IMG/VR virus record: IMGVR_UViG_3300049492_000098
Span: 1-25,697 of that record
Length of the DNA stretch: 25,697 bases
Strand: one strand, 5' to 3'
From: a virus
Lineage: Duplodnaviria; Caudoviricetes
This document shows, piece after piece, positions 16,447-24,612 of the stretch (the first letter of the stretch is position 1; every line of letters starts with the position of its first letter). The notes beneath the pieces are model-generated. The model was not told the origin of the DNA. It did no database searches and saw only the letters and a list, made by a program, of their open reading frames with translations. The translations under genes and the position numbers were made by a program.

Positions 16447-17064
16447 ATGGCTTTCATGAAAATTCAAATTGAATTCTATCTCATCGATTCTTTCAGACAC
16501 GGAAATTCTACACAGATATGCCAAGCAATAATCTGCGCATGTGCATGTCCCCATGACAACGTAACCTATATGGAACGCGGGTTATCGGCGACTATTGCTG
16601 GCTTGACAAATGTAGACGAAAGTTCTATTCGACGAGCGTTGGTTACATTACAAAAGCGCGGATTCCTGACAAAGCTAGATGAATTCTCATGCCAAGTAAG
16701 CAATGAATTTATGCAGAAAACTAGCAAGAAAATTAAATATAAGGGTGCCGTTCAAGGCAATCCAAATGAGGATGAATCAGTTTTCCTTTTCAAAGTTCAT
16801 ACCTTAGCTATAGAAAACTGGGAAATAAGAGGGAAAAATCACAAAATTTTCACAAAAGACGAGGATAAGGAAATGATCAAGCAACTAACCAAGGAATTGA
16901 AGCAGGAAAGGATTCAATCCGCTGAAAGACATTCAGATTTAAAATCCGACCTCAAGCGGGTACTTGATGCACTGGATAAACTGTCTGCGCGATACAATGA
17001 TTCCGAAGCAATAGAAGTGGTCCGTCACTTGAAACTCGTTCAATTTGAAGGAGGTAAAGAATGA
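16447..17064 (+). CDS. Winged-helix DNA-binding protein, candidate replication initiator or regulator (205 aa)
   Basis: SATIAGLTNVDESSIRRALVTLQKRGFL is a wHTH signature; coiled-coil C-terminus. Confidence 0.65.
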   Translation: MAFMKIQIEFYLIDSFRHGNSTQICQAIICACACPHDNVTYMERGLSATIAGLTNVDESSIRRALVTLQKRGFLTKLDEFSCQVSNEFMQKTSKKIKYKGAVQGNPNEDESVFLFKVHTLAIENWEIRGKNHKIFTKDEDKEMIKQLTKELKQERIQSAERHSDLKSDLKRVLDALDKLSARYNDSEAIEVVRHLKLVQFEGGKE

Positions 17065-17342
17065 GCTCAGGCGCAAGACACAAAGGCGATACCGTTGCTT
17101 CCCTTCTGGCCAGCGACGAAGCGCGTGATAAGGTTATGAAAGGCAGCGTCTCCAAGAGAAGAGGGATCAAGAATCCAGCGCTAGTTATGCAGTCACTTCT
17201 AATGAAGCAAAAGCAGCGTGACGGAATATTGAGAAGTGCAGGCCGACCTGAATCCCTTGCGGCTGAATATAGTGAAACAGCCCAAGAGATTAAGATCCGC
17301 AAAGCGGCTGAGAAGCGGGCACGGAAGAGTCAAAAAGTATGA
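17061..17342 (+). CDS. Basic hypothetical protein (93 aa)
   Basis: GGAGG SD, ATGA overlap, K/R-rich. Confidence 0.7.
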   Translation: MSSGARHKGDTVASLLASDEARDKVMKGSVSKRRGIKNPALVMQSLLMKQKQRDGILRSAGRPESLAAEYSETAQEIKIRKAAEKRARKSQKV

Positions 17343-17368
17343 ACGAGGAAACGAGGAAACTCACGATG

Positions 17369-17397
17369 ATGACATTCCAAACATGACCGGTTATACT
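17369..17397 (+). promoter_or_regulatory. Sigma70-like promoter ATGACA-17bp-TATACT heading the accessory structural cassette
   Basis: 5/6 match at both hexamers with ideal spacing; AAGGGG SD before ATG 17424. Confidence 0.6.
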
Positions 17398-17423
17398 ATC
17401 CCAAAAAAGGGGACTATAAGCCG

Positions 17424-17771
17424 ATGCCTGTTTTCAATTTCACCCGATCCAACAATAATGAAGACTGTCAGCAAGGCGCTACATTTCAGCGTGAAATTGT
17501 CCTAAAAGACGAAAATAACGATATTATACCACTCACTGGCTATACTGCCCGAATGCAAATCAGGACGGCTCCAGCCTCCCCGGCCATTACTGCAACAGTC
17601 ACTTCAGTCATTGCATCCGACACCATTACTATAAGCCTGACAGCGGCTCAAACGGCTACAATTGCAGCTTGGAACTATTATTACGACCTGGAACTGGCCA
17701 ATGGCTCAGGCGGTGTCGACAGACTAATAGAAGGACGCTTTGAAGTAACCGCCGAGGTCACCAGAACATGA
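17424..17771 (+). CDS. Virion beta-sandwich adaptor, BppU N-terminal-like (115 aa)
   Basis: QGATF...LTGYTARMQIR...LTAAQT...YYYDLEL...RLIEG.F.V..EVT pattern of fibre-attachment proteins. Confidence 0.75.
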   Translation: MPVFNFTRSNNNEDCQQGATFQREIVLKDENNDIIPLTGYTARMQIRTAPASPAITATVTSVIASDTITISLTAAQTATIAAWNYYYDLELANGSGGVDRLIEGRFEVTAEVTRT

Positions 17772-17983
17772 AAATAGAAATAAGCAAAATTGACGTTGCT
17801 GGAGGAGTCGAATCGATATCTGTCATCAATATAATAAACTCCTCACCCGTGGTCGGCACCGCAAAAATTGAAATAAGGCGAATCGGAATCGAACCGTCTA
17901 TCATTCAACTTACGGCAAGGGGTCTTCCAGGTCCAAGTGGTGGTGGGTCAGGTAATTCTTATTTTCCGAGTGGATGGAACTGA
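17768..17983 (+). CDS. Small fibre-stub-like protein (71 aa)
   Basis: ATGA overlap; GLPGPSG collagen-like stub and terminal GNSYFPSGW. Confidence 0.55.
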   Translation: MKIEISKIDVAGGVESISVINIINSSPVVGTAKIEIRRIGIEPSIIQLTARGLPGPSGGGSGNSYFPSGWN

Positions 17984-18022
17984 ATTTTTTTTATTTTATT
18001 TTATTTTTTTTAGGTGAGAGTC

Positions 18023-18430
18023 ATGTCCTTTGGAAATACCGCTGAAACAGCTGTCTTAAACCAAGTTTTTGTTGGAACCGCCTTGCCATGGGCTGCGAAC
18101 ACCGATTTATGGATCGCCCTTTATACAGCCGATCCAGGTGAAGCTGGAACCGCCATTACCAATGAAGCTACTTATGGCGGCTATGCTCGTGCTACCCTAA
18201 CCCGTGCCTCTGATTTTACTGTGGCTGGTAACCTTTTGAGCAATGCCAACCTTGAGCAATTTGCCGTTTGTTCATCCGGTTCAAACGTGATTACTTATGC
18301 AGCAATCGTCACCACTGCCAGTGGTGCAGGTACGATTATTGTACGTGCAATCCTTAGTTCTTCAATAACAGTGTCGACTGGAGTCCAGCCTCAGTTCGCC
18401 AGCGGTGCTTTGTCATTTACTCTCGACTGA
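18023..18430 (+). CDS. Tail-fibre-associated structural protein (135 aa)
   Basis: LWIALYTADPGEAG...E..YGGYAR...FASGALSFTLD, a recurrent phage minor-tail pattern. Confidence 0.7.
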   Translation: MSFGNTAETAVLNQVFVGTALPWAANTDLWIALYTADPGEAGTAITNEATYGGYARATLTRASDFTVAGNLLSNANLEQFAVCSSGSNVITYAAIVTTASGAGTIIVRAILSSSITVSTGVQPQFASGALSFTLD

Positions 18431-18439
18431 GGTTGAGTC

Positions 18440-19300
18440 ATGGGCTTTCAAAGCTTTGCAGCTATCGGAAGAAAAGCCGCTCAGGACACCCACTGGCAAT
18501 ATGTTTACAAACCATCTACACCAAATCCTGGAACGACAGGCTTCTGTGTTGATTTGAATCAATCATCAGGTATTCCAAAATATAACCCATTTCCAGGTAG
18601 CGCACTTGCGGCAACACCACTTGTCGGTTCTGGAAATCTAGGAATATTTGTTGGGAGTTTTGTAGCCGGACGATCTAAACACCTTCTACGATGGCAAATC
18701 ACCCAGCAAGTGGTAGCCAACGGACCACCTGACTATGTGCACCTCCTGGATTACCTTCTTTTCTATCCGCTGATAGATACCGATACCCTTGACCCTCAAT
18801 CGATGGATAATTCCATTTCATTGTCCAGGTATGCGACAGGTGAAGGTGTTCAAATCGTGTTGATAGTCCAATCCCCTTTATCGACAAGTTCACCCATTAC
18901 TATTAATTATACAAATAGTGACGGAGTGAGTGGTCGATCATCGACCTTCAACCTCATCCCCGGAGCTAATATTGGAGTCTGTGCGAGCGGTTCTGGTCCT
19001 TTGGGAGGAGCATCGGAGGCCACTCCTTTCTTCCCTTTGGCTCATGGCGATAAGGGCGTAAGGTCCATTCAATCGGCTCAAATGAGTGGTGGCTCAGGTG
19101 GGTTTATCCTCGCTGTACTTGTAAAGCCTCTTGCCGATATCGCTATAATGGAATCGAATGTTTCGAACGAAAAACAATTTGGTATTTTTGGCCAAAATCC
19201 TCCTGAAATAATGCCGGGTGCTTGTCTGAATTTTGTCGTGCAGCGTGGCGGTGCCGTGGCGGGAAACTATGTGAGTGAGTTGCTGTTTGTAAATTCTTAA
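18440..19300 (+). CDS. Putative virion protein (286 aa), paralog of 19317-20198
   Basis: RYATGEGV, INYTNSDG, PFFPLAHGDKGVRSIQS, KPL, GACL. Confidence 0.7.
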   Translation: MGFQSFAAIGRKAAQDTHWQYVYKPSTPNPGTTGFCVDLNQSSGIPKYNPFPGSALAATPLVGSGNLGIFVGSFVAGRSKHLLRWQITQQVVANGPPDYVHLLDYLLFYPLIDTDTLDPQSMDNSISLSRYATGEGVQIVLIVQSPLSTSSPITINYTNSDGVSGRSSTFNLIPGANIGVCASGSGPLGGASEATPFFPLAHGDKGVRSIQSAQMSGGSGGFILAVLVKPLADIAIMESNVSNEKQFGIFGQNPPEIMPGACLNFVVQRGGAVAGNYVSELLFVNS

Positions 19301-19316
19301 AGGGGAAAATATTTCC

Positions 19317-20198
19317 ATGGGCTTCACATCAATTGATGATTTAGTGAGTTCGATCACATCAGGAAAATTCTACCGGAACGATTGGAACAAAATTACTGGT
19401 GCGGCTGCTTATACTGCAGGGCGTTGGTATGACTTCAGTTCACTGGCAGGCAATCCGATCGCAAATGCTTATGCTGGAACTGCATTGGCTTGGACACCAT
19501 GTGACGAATCGACTGGTAATGGAACACAGATTTTTGGCATGAGGCATGGCGGTAATGTTTCGACTGAAACTAAGCATATGCTTAATGGCTCAGCGATAAC
19601 CACGGTGGCTACAGGCGTGCCTGCTCAACTCATGTTGGTCGATTTGCAGGGATATTATCCAGGTATAAGCATGAACACAGCCACCACACAAAGCTTCACG
19701 GGTTCTCCTGTTATGAGATATACAAACGGTGAAGGGATTAGGGCTTTCCTTTCTATTGTAACCACAACCGGTGCCACGGCACATAACGTAAACATTTCCT
19801 ATACTGATCAAGGGGGAACAGGAGGTAATACCCTGCCAGTGACAGTATCATGCACAGCTTCGGCTATTACTCCACATATTACACACAGTGGAACTGCAGC
19901 AAATAACTATGGACCATTTCTTCCATTGGCTAATGGCGACTATGGGATTCAATCGGTTGAATCTATTACTCTGTCAGCTGCATCGGGTAATGGCACAGCT
20001 GCCCTTATGCTCTGTAAACCGCTTTTGACTATTCCGTTAGTGACGTCGACTGTGGCAAGTGAGCGCGATTTCCTGAACCAACTTCCATCTCTACCCCAGG
20101 TTGTCGATGGAGCCTGCTTGACTTGGATTTATTTTACCGGTGCTGCGACTGGTGCCAACTCAAACTTTAGTGGTTCACTCGAATTGGGATGGAGCTAA
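19317..20198 (+). CDS. Putative virion protein (293 aa), paralog of 18440-19300
   Basis: RYTNGEGI, ISYTDQGG, PFLPLANGDYGIQSVES, KPL, GACL. Confidence 0.7.
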   Translation: MGFTSIDDLVSSITSGKFYRNDWNKITGAAAYTAGRWYDFSSLAGNPIANAYAGTALAWTPCDESTGNGTQIFGMRHGGNVSTETKHMLNGSAITTVATGVPAQLMLVDLQGYYPGISMNTATTQSFTGSPVMRYTNGEGIRAFLSIVTTTGATAHNVNISYTDQGGTGGNTLPVTVSCTASAITPHITHSGTAANNYGPFLPLANGDYGIQSVESITLSAASGNGTAALMLCKPLLTIPLVTSTVASERDFLNQLPSLPQVVDGACLTWIYFTGAATGANSNFSGSLELGWS

Positions 20199-20202
20199 TC
20201 AT

Positions 20203-20991
20203 ATGTTGGTAAGACAAGGCAGGGCACAGTTTGTTAATCCCGGTAAGTTCACGGGTAATGTCAGCGGCCAAAGCGGCAATGTTGTAAAAGGCGGTTTTAG
20301 AAATCGCTTTGCTGGTGGGACTAACGGACTTACAAAAATTTTCGGAGGATATGCCAACGGACATCTTGGTCCAAGCTCTTTCGTCCTGCCTCAGTCTTCT
20401 GGATCGATTAGTAGCTATACCGAGTCAAGCGCTGCCATGGCTCAGGGGGTTATTGTACTCACCTCGGCTATTCCCGCGAACGCCAGCGGGTCTATGGTAT
20501 TGACGGCTAGTACAGCTAGCCTTGATTTGTTGGTTCAACTGGTAGCATCGGGGACACTTGTCCTCTCCGTTAATTCAGCTGTTCTGTCGTCTGCAGTCGA
20601 TATTATTGTTAACGGCTCAATCAATATCACGGTCAACTCTGCGACACTCGGTGGAATATTTGGGATTTTGGCAAACGGAACAATGATCCTTGTGCCAAAT
20701 GGAACAATGACAGCTGAGGCCTTTATGGAGGCCGCCGCCGGTGGACCAACTCCTTTGTCTCCCGAAGGCCTGGCTAATGCTGTTTGGTCCCAGGTTATAG
20801 AATCTGGATATACTTCGTCTGAAATATTGCGGCTTTTGGCTGCAGTGGCTGCTGGTGAAACAATCATTGATGATTTGGGAGGAGGTCTTGCCACTATTAC
20901 ATTCAGGGATTTGGCTGACACGAAAGATCGCGTTGTAGCGGATATGACTGACTCGGAGAGAACCAGTATCGCACTTGATTTGACAGAGTAA
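20203..20991 (+). CDS. Putative fibre-like virion protein (262 aa)
   Basis: GGAG SD before ATG 20203; central [A/V][N/S]G[S/T] pseudo-repeats; C-terminal ANAVW...LRLLAAVAAG...ITFRD..DTKDRV. Confidence 0.65.
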   Translation: MLVRQGRAQFVNPGKFTGNVSGQSGNVVKGGFRNRFAGGTNGLTKIFGGYANGHLGPSSFVLPQSSGSISSYTESSAAMAQGVIVLTSAIPANASGSMVLTASTASLDLLVQLVASGTLVLSVNSAVLSSAVDIIVNGSINITVNSATLGGIFGILANGTMILVPNGTMTAEAFMEAAAGGPTPLSPEGLANAVWSQVIESGYTSSEILRLLAAVAAGETIIDDLGGGLATITFRDLADTKDRVVADMTDSERTSIALDLTE

Positions 20992-20993
20992 AA

Positions 20994-21063
20994 GCCGCGT
21001 CAGGGACTCGAACCACTGCGCGGGTTGGCACTAGTACCAACCCGCCCGGCCACACACCACGGC
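20994..21063 (-). ncRNA. 70-nt tRNA-like RNA (acceptor stem, T-arm, long central hairpin, no D-stem)
   Basis: GCCGUG/CGCGGC terminal stem, GG-UUCGAGU-CC T-loop, hairpin GCGGGUUGG...CCAACCCGC; starts 7 nt after a TATAAT box and is followed by U4. Confidence 0.6.
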
Positions 21064-21069
21064 AAAGCA

Positions 21070-21078
21070 ATTATACCA
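21070..21078 (-). promoter_or_regulatory. Extended -10 promoter TGGTATAAT
   Basis: Perfect TGn-TATAAT with AT-rich upstream; predicted +1 at about 21063. Confidence 0.65.
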
Positions 21079-21159
21079 CCATAGAATTAATTTAAATAGG
21101 CTGGCCTTTTGCCTAAAAATATAGCAATTTGAATCCTCAATTTATAGAGGATTTGCGTC

Positions 21160-22041
21160 ATGGAAAACGTTCTAGGCCCAGGTATTATTCGGGATTTACC
21201 AAACAGACTGTATCATGAGCATCCAGCTGTCAGTTCCACCACTCTAAAAAAGTTCCTACTCCCTACCCCCATGCATGCGAAACATGCAATTGATCACCCA
21301 AAAATGGACACCGACGCTCTTATCCGGGGACAGGTCCTTCATTGCCTTCTATTGGAACCCCATCGCCTGAATATCGATTTTGTTATCGAGAAGGACAAGC
21401 TTTGGAACAAGACTAAGCTGCAAAAGAATGGAGGAGATAAGGAAGCTTGGGACTTGCTTAAGGCCGAGGCAGAGGAAAGGCTGATTCCCCTTGTCTCCCA
21501 TAAGCTTTGGCTTGAGGCCTTGGGTATGAAGGAAAGCATTCAAGCCCACCCTCTATGGCAGAACGTCCGTGTCTATGGCGAAAAGGAATTGACGATAATC
21601 AGCACGCTGGAAGAATACCCGGTTCGTGTGAGATACGATGCGAAATATGGATCAATTATCCTGGATATCAAGTCCTGCCGGTTTCACCTATCAAATGCCA
21701 AAATCCAGAAAGTAATAGCAGAACTGTCGTATCATCTGTCCGCTGCCATGTATCTCGAAGTGGGCAAATCGGTTGGCCTCAACGTGGACCGTTTCGTCTG
21801 GGTTTTCGCTGAAAATAAGCCGCCATATGCTTGCCGATTCATCGAAGCGACACCGAAAATGCTGGAAATTGGCCTGCAGGAATTCTATAAATGCCTGAAA
21901 CTTTATGAATCCTGTAAAACCAGTGGGGAATATCCGGGATATCCAACTGATATCGAGGAAATTGAGCTCCCAAGCTGGTATGAACAACGTGAATATCTCC
22001 TAGGCGACGATAGCGAGGACGCGCATGAATCAGATAGTTAA
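21160..22041 (+). CDS. RecE/ExoVIII-like PD-(D/E)XK exonuclease (DUF3799-like, 293 aa)
   Basis: YH...AVSST.LK, G..LH..LLEP, E..., RYD...ILDIKS, YHLSAAMY, F..VFAE..PPY, YPGY; paired with recT. Confidence 0.9.
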   Translation: MENVLGPGIIRDLPNRLYHEHPAVSSTTLKKFLLPTPMHAKHAIDHPKMDTDALIRGQVLHCLLLEPHRLNIDFVIEKDKLWNKTKLQKNGGDKEAWDLLKAEAEERLIPLVSHKLWLEALGMKESIQAHPLWQNVRVYGEKELTIISTLEEYPVRVRYDAKYGSIILDIKSCRFHLSNAKIQKVIAELSYHLSAAMYLEVGKSVGLNVDRFVWVFAENKPPYACRFIEATPKMLEIGLQEFYKCLKLYESCKTSGEYPGYPTDIEEIELPSWYEQREYLLGDDSEDAHESDS

Positions 22042-23038
22042 AAAAGCACCCGCCGACCTGATGAGTTTATTGACCGGCGATGATATGAAACAGCGCCTGG
22101 TTAAACTCCTGACCGATCCTAGAATGCTGGATCGATTCATCGGGGTCATGACCGGCGCTCTTAAGTCGACACCTAAACTGGCCGAATGTTCCCACGCGAG
22201 TATTGTCGGAGCCATGCTTAAATGTGCCACGCTGAGGCTTGAGCCAAACACAGTTTCAGGTCAATGCTGGCTCATCCCTCGAAAAATCTCTGGGGTCATG
22301 GAATGCTCATGGGAGTTGGGATATAAAGGCGCGATTGATCTTGGGTATCGGTCCGCTGAAATCGGCGTGATCAAGGCCAAGGCGGTTTATGAGCGTGATC
22401 TCTTTGATATCGACTATGGCAAAATCCAGGACGGCGTTTATCATAAACCACATATTCTCGGAGACAGAGGTAAACTGATAGGCTACTGGGCTCAATGGAT
22501 TCATAAGGACGGTCGGAGTTCGGACGTTCTTTTTATGAGCCAATGGGAAATGGATCAGCATACCGAGCAATATGTCAAGTCTATGAGCTCAGAATACAGC
22601 CCATGGAATACGTCCTATGAAAAGATGGCCCTCAAGACTGTCATCAAGCAAGTCTTGAAATATGCTCCGCTGTCTGTCGATGACCTGAGGCAGGCCGATG
22701 CTGATGACGGCGCGATCATCTATGACTCAAAGACCAAACAGTTCTCTTCTCAGTCAGTGAGCACTGCAGACATGTTGAGGGCTGAACGAAGTGTTCCTGA
22801 GCCAGAATATTCCGAACCAGAACCAGCCAAGGAACCTGAGCCCGCTAACGCGCCGAGTAAAGCCGAGCCTTACACAGACGATATGCTCAGACAGCAAATG
22901 CTGGACAAGGTGAGGGATAAAATCAAAGCCAAGGGCTGGGACATGAGTGAGACAGTCGTCAAGCTGGGTATGCCGATGAGCATGGTTGAAAAGGCCGATA
23001 TCAAGGAACTGACCCGGATTTATGGAGTGCTGAAATGA
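22025..23038 (+). CDS. recT: RecT-family single-strand annealing protein (337 aa)
   Basis: L.ECS..S..GA....A.L.LEP...G..WLIP...GYKG..DL..RS; SPW...YEKMALKTVIK..LKY.PLS. Confidence 0.93.
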   Translation: MNQIVKKAPADLMSLLTGDDMKQRLVKLLTDPRMLDRFIGVMTGALKSTPKLAECSHASIVGAMLKCATLRLEPNTVSGQCWLIPRKISGVMECSWELGYKGAIDLGYRSAEIGVIKAKAVYERDLFDIDYGKIQDGVYHKPHILGDRGKLIGYWAQWIHKDGRSSDVLFMSQWEMDQHTEQYVKSMSSEYSPWNTSYEKMALKTVIKQVLKYAPLSVDDLRQADADDGAIIYDSKTKQFSSQSVSTADMLRAERSVPEPEYSEPEPAKEPEPANAPSKAEPYTDDMLRQQMLDKVRDKIKAKGWDMSETVVKLGMPMSMVEKADIKELTRIYGVLK

Positions 23039-23349
23039 GAACAGGAAAAATTTACGACGAACAAATTGCACATCTTGTCACTAAAATCCTTGAAATATGC
23101 CTGGATAACAAAATCCCATGCCTTCTTGATTTCAGGCTTGAGGAGGATGAAGGTGAGTATGTTGGATGCACGTCCGTTATTCCTTTTGGAATCCAGGCTG
23201 ATGAAGATAAATATCTGATACTGAGAGAGATTATAATGAAAGATGCTGTCTTAAATGACTGCATGGTTAAAGATGAAAAATCAGGTGTTTATTATGATAA
23301 TGAAATTCCAGGAATGGAAAACCTGATCGAAAAGGCGACTAAAAGATGA
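23035..23349 (+). CDS. Hypothetical protein (104 aa)
   Basis: ATGA overlap and GGAG SD. Confidence 0.7.
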   Translation: MRTGKIYDEQIAHLVTKILEICLDNKIPCLLDFRLEEDEGEYVGCTSVIPFGIQADEDKYLILREIIMKDAVLNDCMVKDEKSGVYYDNEIPGMENLIEKATKR

Positions 23350-23438
23350 AAATGAACGAGTATCTAGCATTAAAAGAACAGTACCAAAAAGATTTGGATG
23401 AAGTTCTGGCAAAAAAGCCGAAACTCTCCATTCGATGA
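23346..23438 (+). CDS. 30-aa protein
   Basis: MKMNEYLALKEQYQKDLDEVLAKKPKLSIR; ATGA overlaps at both ends. Confidence 0.55.
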   Translation: MKMNEYLALKEQYQKDLDEVLAKKPKLSIR

Positions 23439-23677
23439 GTGATCCCACTGAAGTCTGGGATTCTCCCTGCGACAATTGCCCGAGTATGCAGCCGCTGGAC
23501 TATGAAGCAGCGGATATAGCTCAGTGGTGCAGGGAAGGGAAAATGGACCCGTTCCAGGCTGTTTTCTTGTGCGCGTGGCGTCCGACTAAGATTTGCTATG
23601 GGGTTGCTTTGAATGTTGGGTATCCCAAAGAAGCTGATCCGGGTATTGAGAAAGAGAGCCGAAATGAACCTGATTGA
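23435..23677 (+). CDS. Cys-containing hypothetical protein (80 aa)
   Basis: PCDNCP plus three more Cys; operon-coupled. Confidence 0.6.
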   Translation: MSDPTEVWDSPCDNCPSMQPLDYEAADIAQWCREGKMDPFQAVFLCAWRPTKICYGVALNVGYPKEADPGIEKESRNEPD

Positions 23678-24011
23678 AAAGCTGGATGAGTTGGAAAAAG
23701 CAGCGACACCGGGACCGTGGAATCACTATGATGATGCTGATTCAACCGGGCGACAGGAAATTGTTGCTTTGGGAAAAACGGTGTCGAGGATTTATGCTGG
23801 AAACAGTTCTGGAAAAGCCGATGCGGAGCTAATCACCGAACTCCGCAATGCCTGGCCAAAGCTGAGGGCTGCAGTATTACTTTTGAAAGATGAGCGTGTG
23901 ACTTGGAATGAGGACTATTGCAGCGGAACTGAGTTTAATGAACTGTATGATTTTCGCAATCAAAGATTGAAACTGTTAGCGGAACTGGATCAGCCATGCC
24001 TGAATACCTAA
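23664..24011 (+). CDS. Ead/Ea22-like protein (115 aa)
   Basis: LEKAATPGPW...DAELI...RNA.P.L motif; ATG 23664. Confidence 0.7.
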   Translation: MNLIEKLDELEKAATPGPWNHYDDADSTGRQEIVALGKTVSRIYAGNSSGKADAELITELRNAWPKLRAAVLLLKDERVTWNEDYCSGTEFNELYDFRNQRLKLLAELDQPCLNT

Positions 24012-24208
24012 CAATACGTGACGTTTTCACTGAGCTAGGTCTGGATGAATCCGCTGTCAGGCGCTTGATTCAGCGGGGTCACCTGAAAGCTGAGAAGGTC
24101 GATAGAAGGATTTTTCCGGAAGAGAGAAGGACGGGAATGCCACTGGAAATCATGGCAGTCCACAGAGAAGAACTGGACAGGTATTTAGGGAGGAGTAATT
24201 GTGTTTGA
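23996..24208 (+). CDS. Excisionase-like HTH DNA-binding protein (70 aa)
   Basis: YLT..DV..ELGL....VRRLIQRG.LKA.K...REELDRYL. Confidence 0.75.
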   Translation: MPEYLTIRDVFTELGLDESAVRRLIQRGHLKAEKVDRRIFPEERRTGMPLEIMAVHREELDRYLGRSNCV

Positions 24209-24240
24209 CGTTAAATCCAGTGAAGCAATGAGAAAACGAC

Positions 24241-24612
24241 CTAGACCCAGCCATTCACTTTCGCAAGCTCGGTCAAATCCTCGATCGAACGCACCACATA
24301 GTAGGAACCCCCCGACCGGGAGAAGCGCTGGGAGAATTCAATCTGAGACTTGGATACCTTCCCCTTAGGCGCTTTTACTTCGATCGCGACAAACTGCCCG
24401 TCAATGACACCGAGAATATCGGCCACACCGTTTGGCCGAAACTTATTCTCACGCTTCCTACCCTTGATTCCCACGCTGTCGTTCTGCCAGAAATATCCAT
24501 CAGTCGATTCATTGAGCCAGACGATGATATTATTTTGCAGGTATTTTTCTGAAATGAAGGCCTTCACATCCACAGTTTCAAACTCGTCTGATACATCGAC
24601 TGATCTTCCCAT
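24241..24612 (-). CDS. VRR-NUC domain nuclease (123 aa)
   Basis: E...Q..I, GVADI, AIEVKAPKGKVSKSQ..F, VVRS.ED. Confidence 0.9.
   Translation of the reverse strand: MGRSVDVSDEFETVDVKAFISEKYLQNNIIVWLNESTDGYFWQNDSVGIKGRKRENKFRPNGVADILGVIDGQFVAIEVKAPKGKVSKSQIEFSQRFSRSGGSYYVVRSIEDLTELAKVNGWV

Noticed and set aside
20994-21063. Amber suppressor tRNA or TAG recoding (CUA in the loop)
   Set aside because: No D-arm, loop lacks the 7-nt U33 geometry, genes are intact in the standard code, and TAG appears to serve as the VRR-NUC stop.
23996-24240. Integration module (xis, int, att)
   Set aside because: Xis-like HTH present but no integrase or att core visible; lifestyle cannot be determined here.
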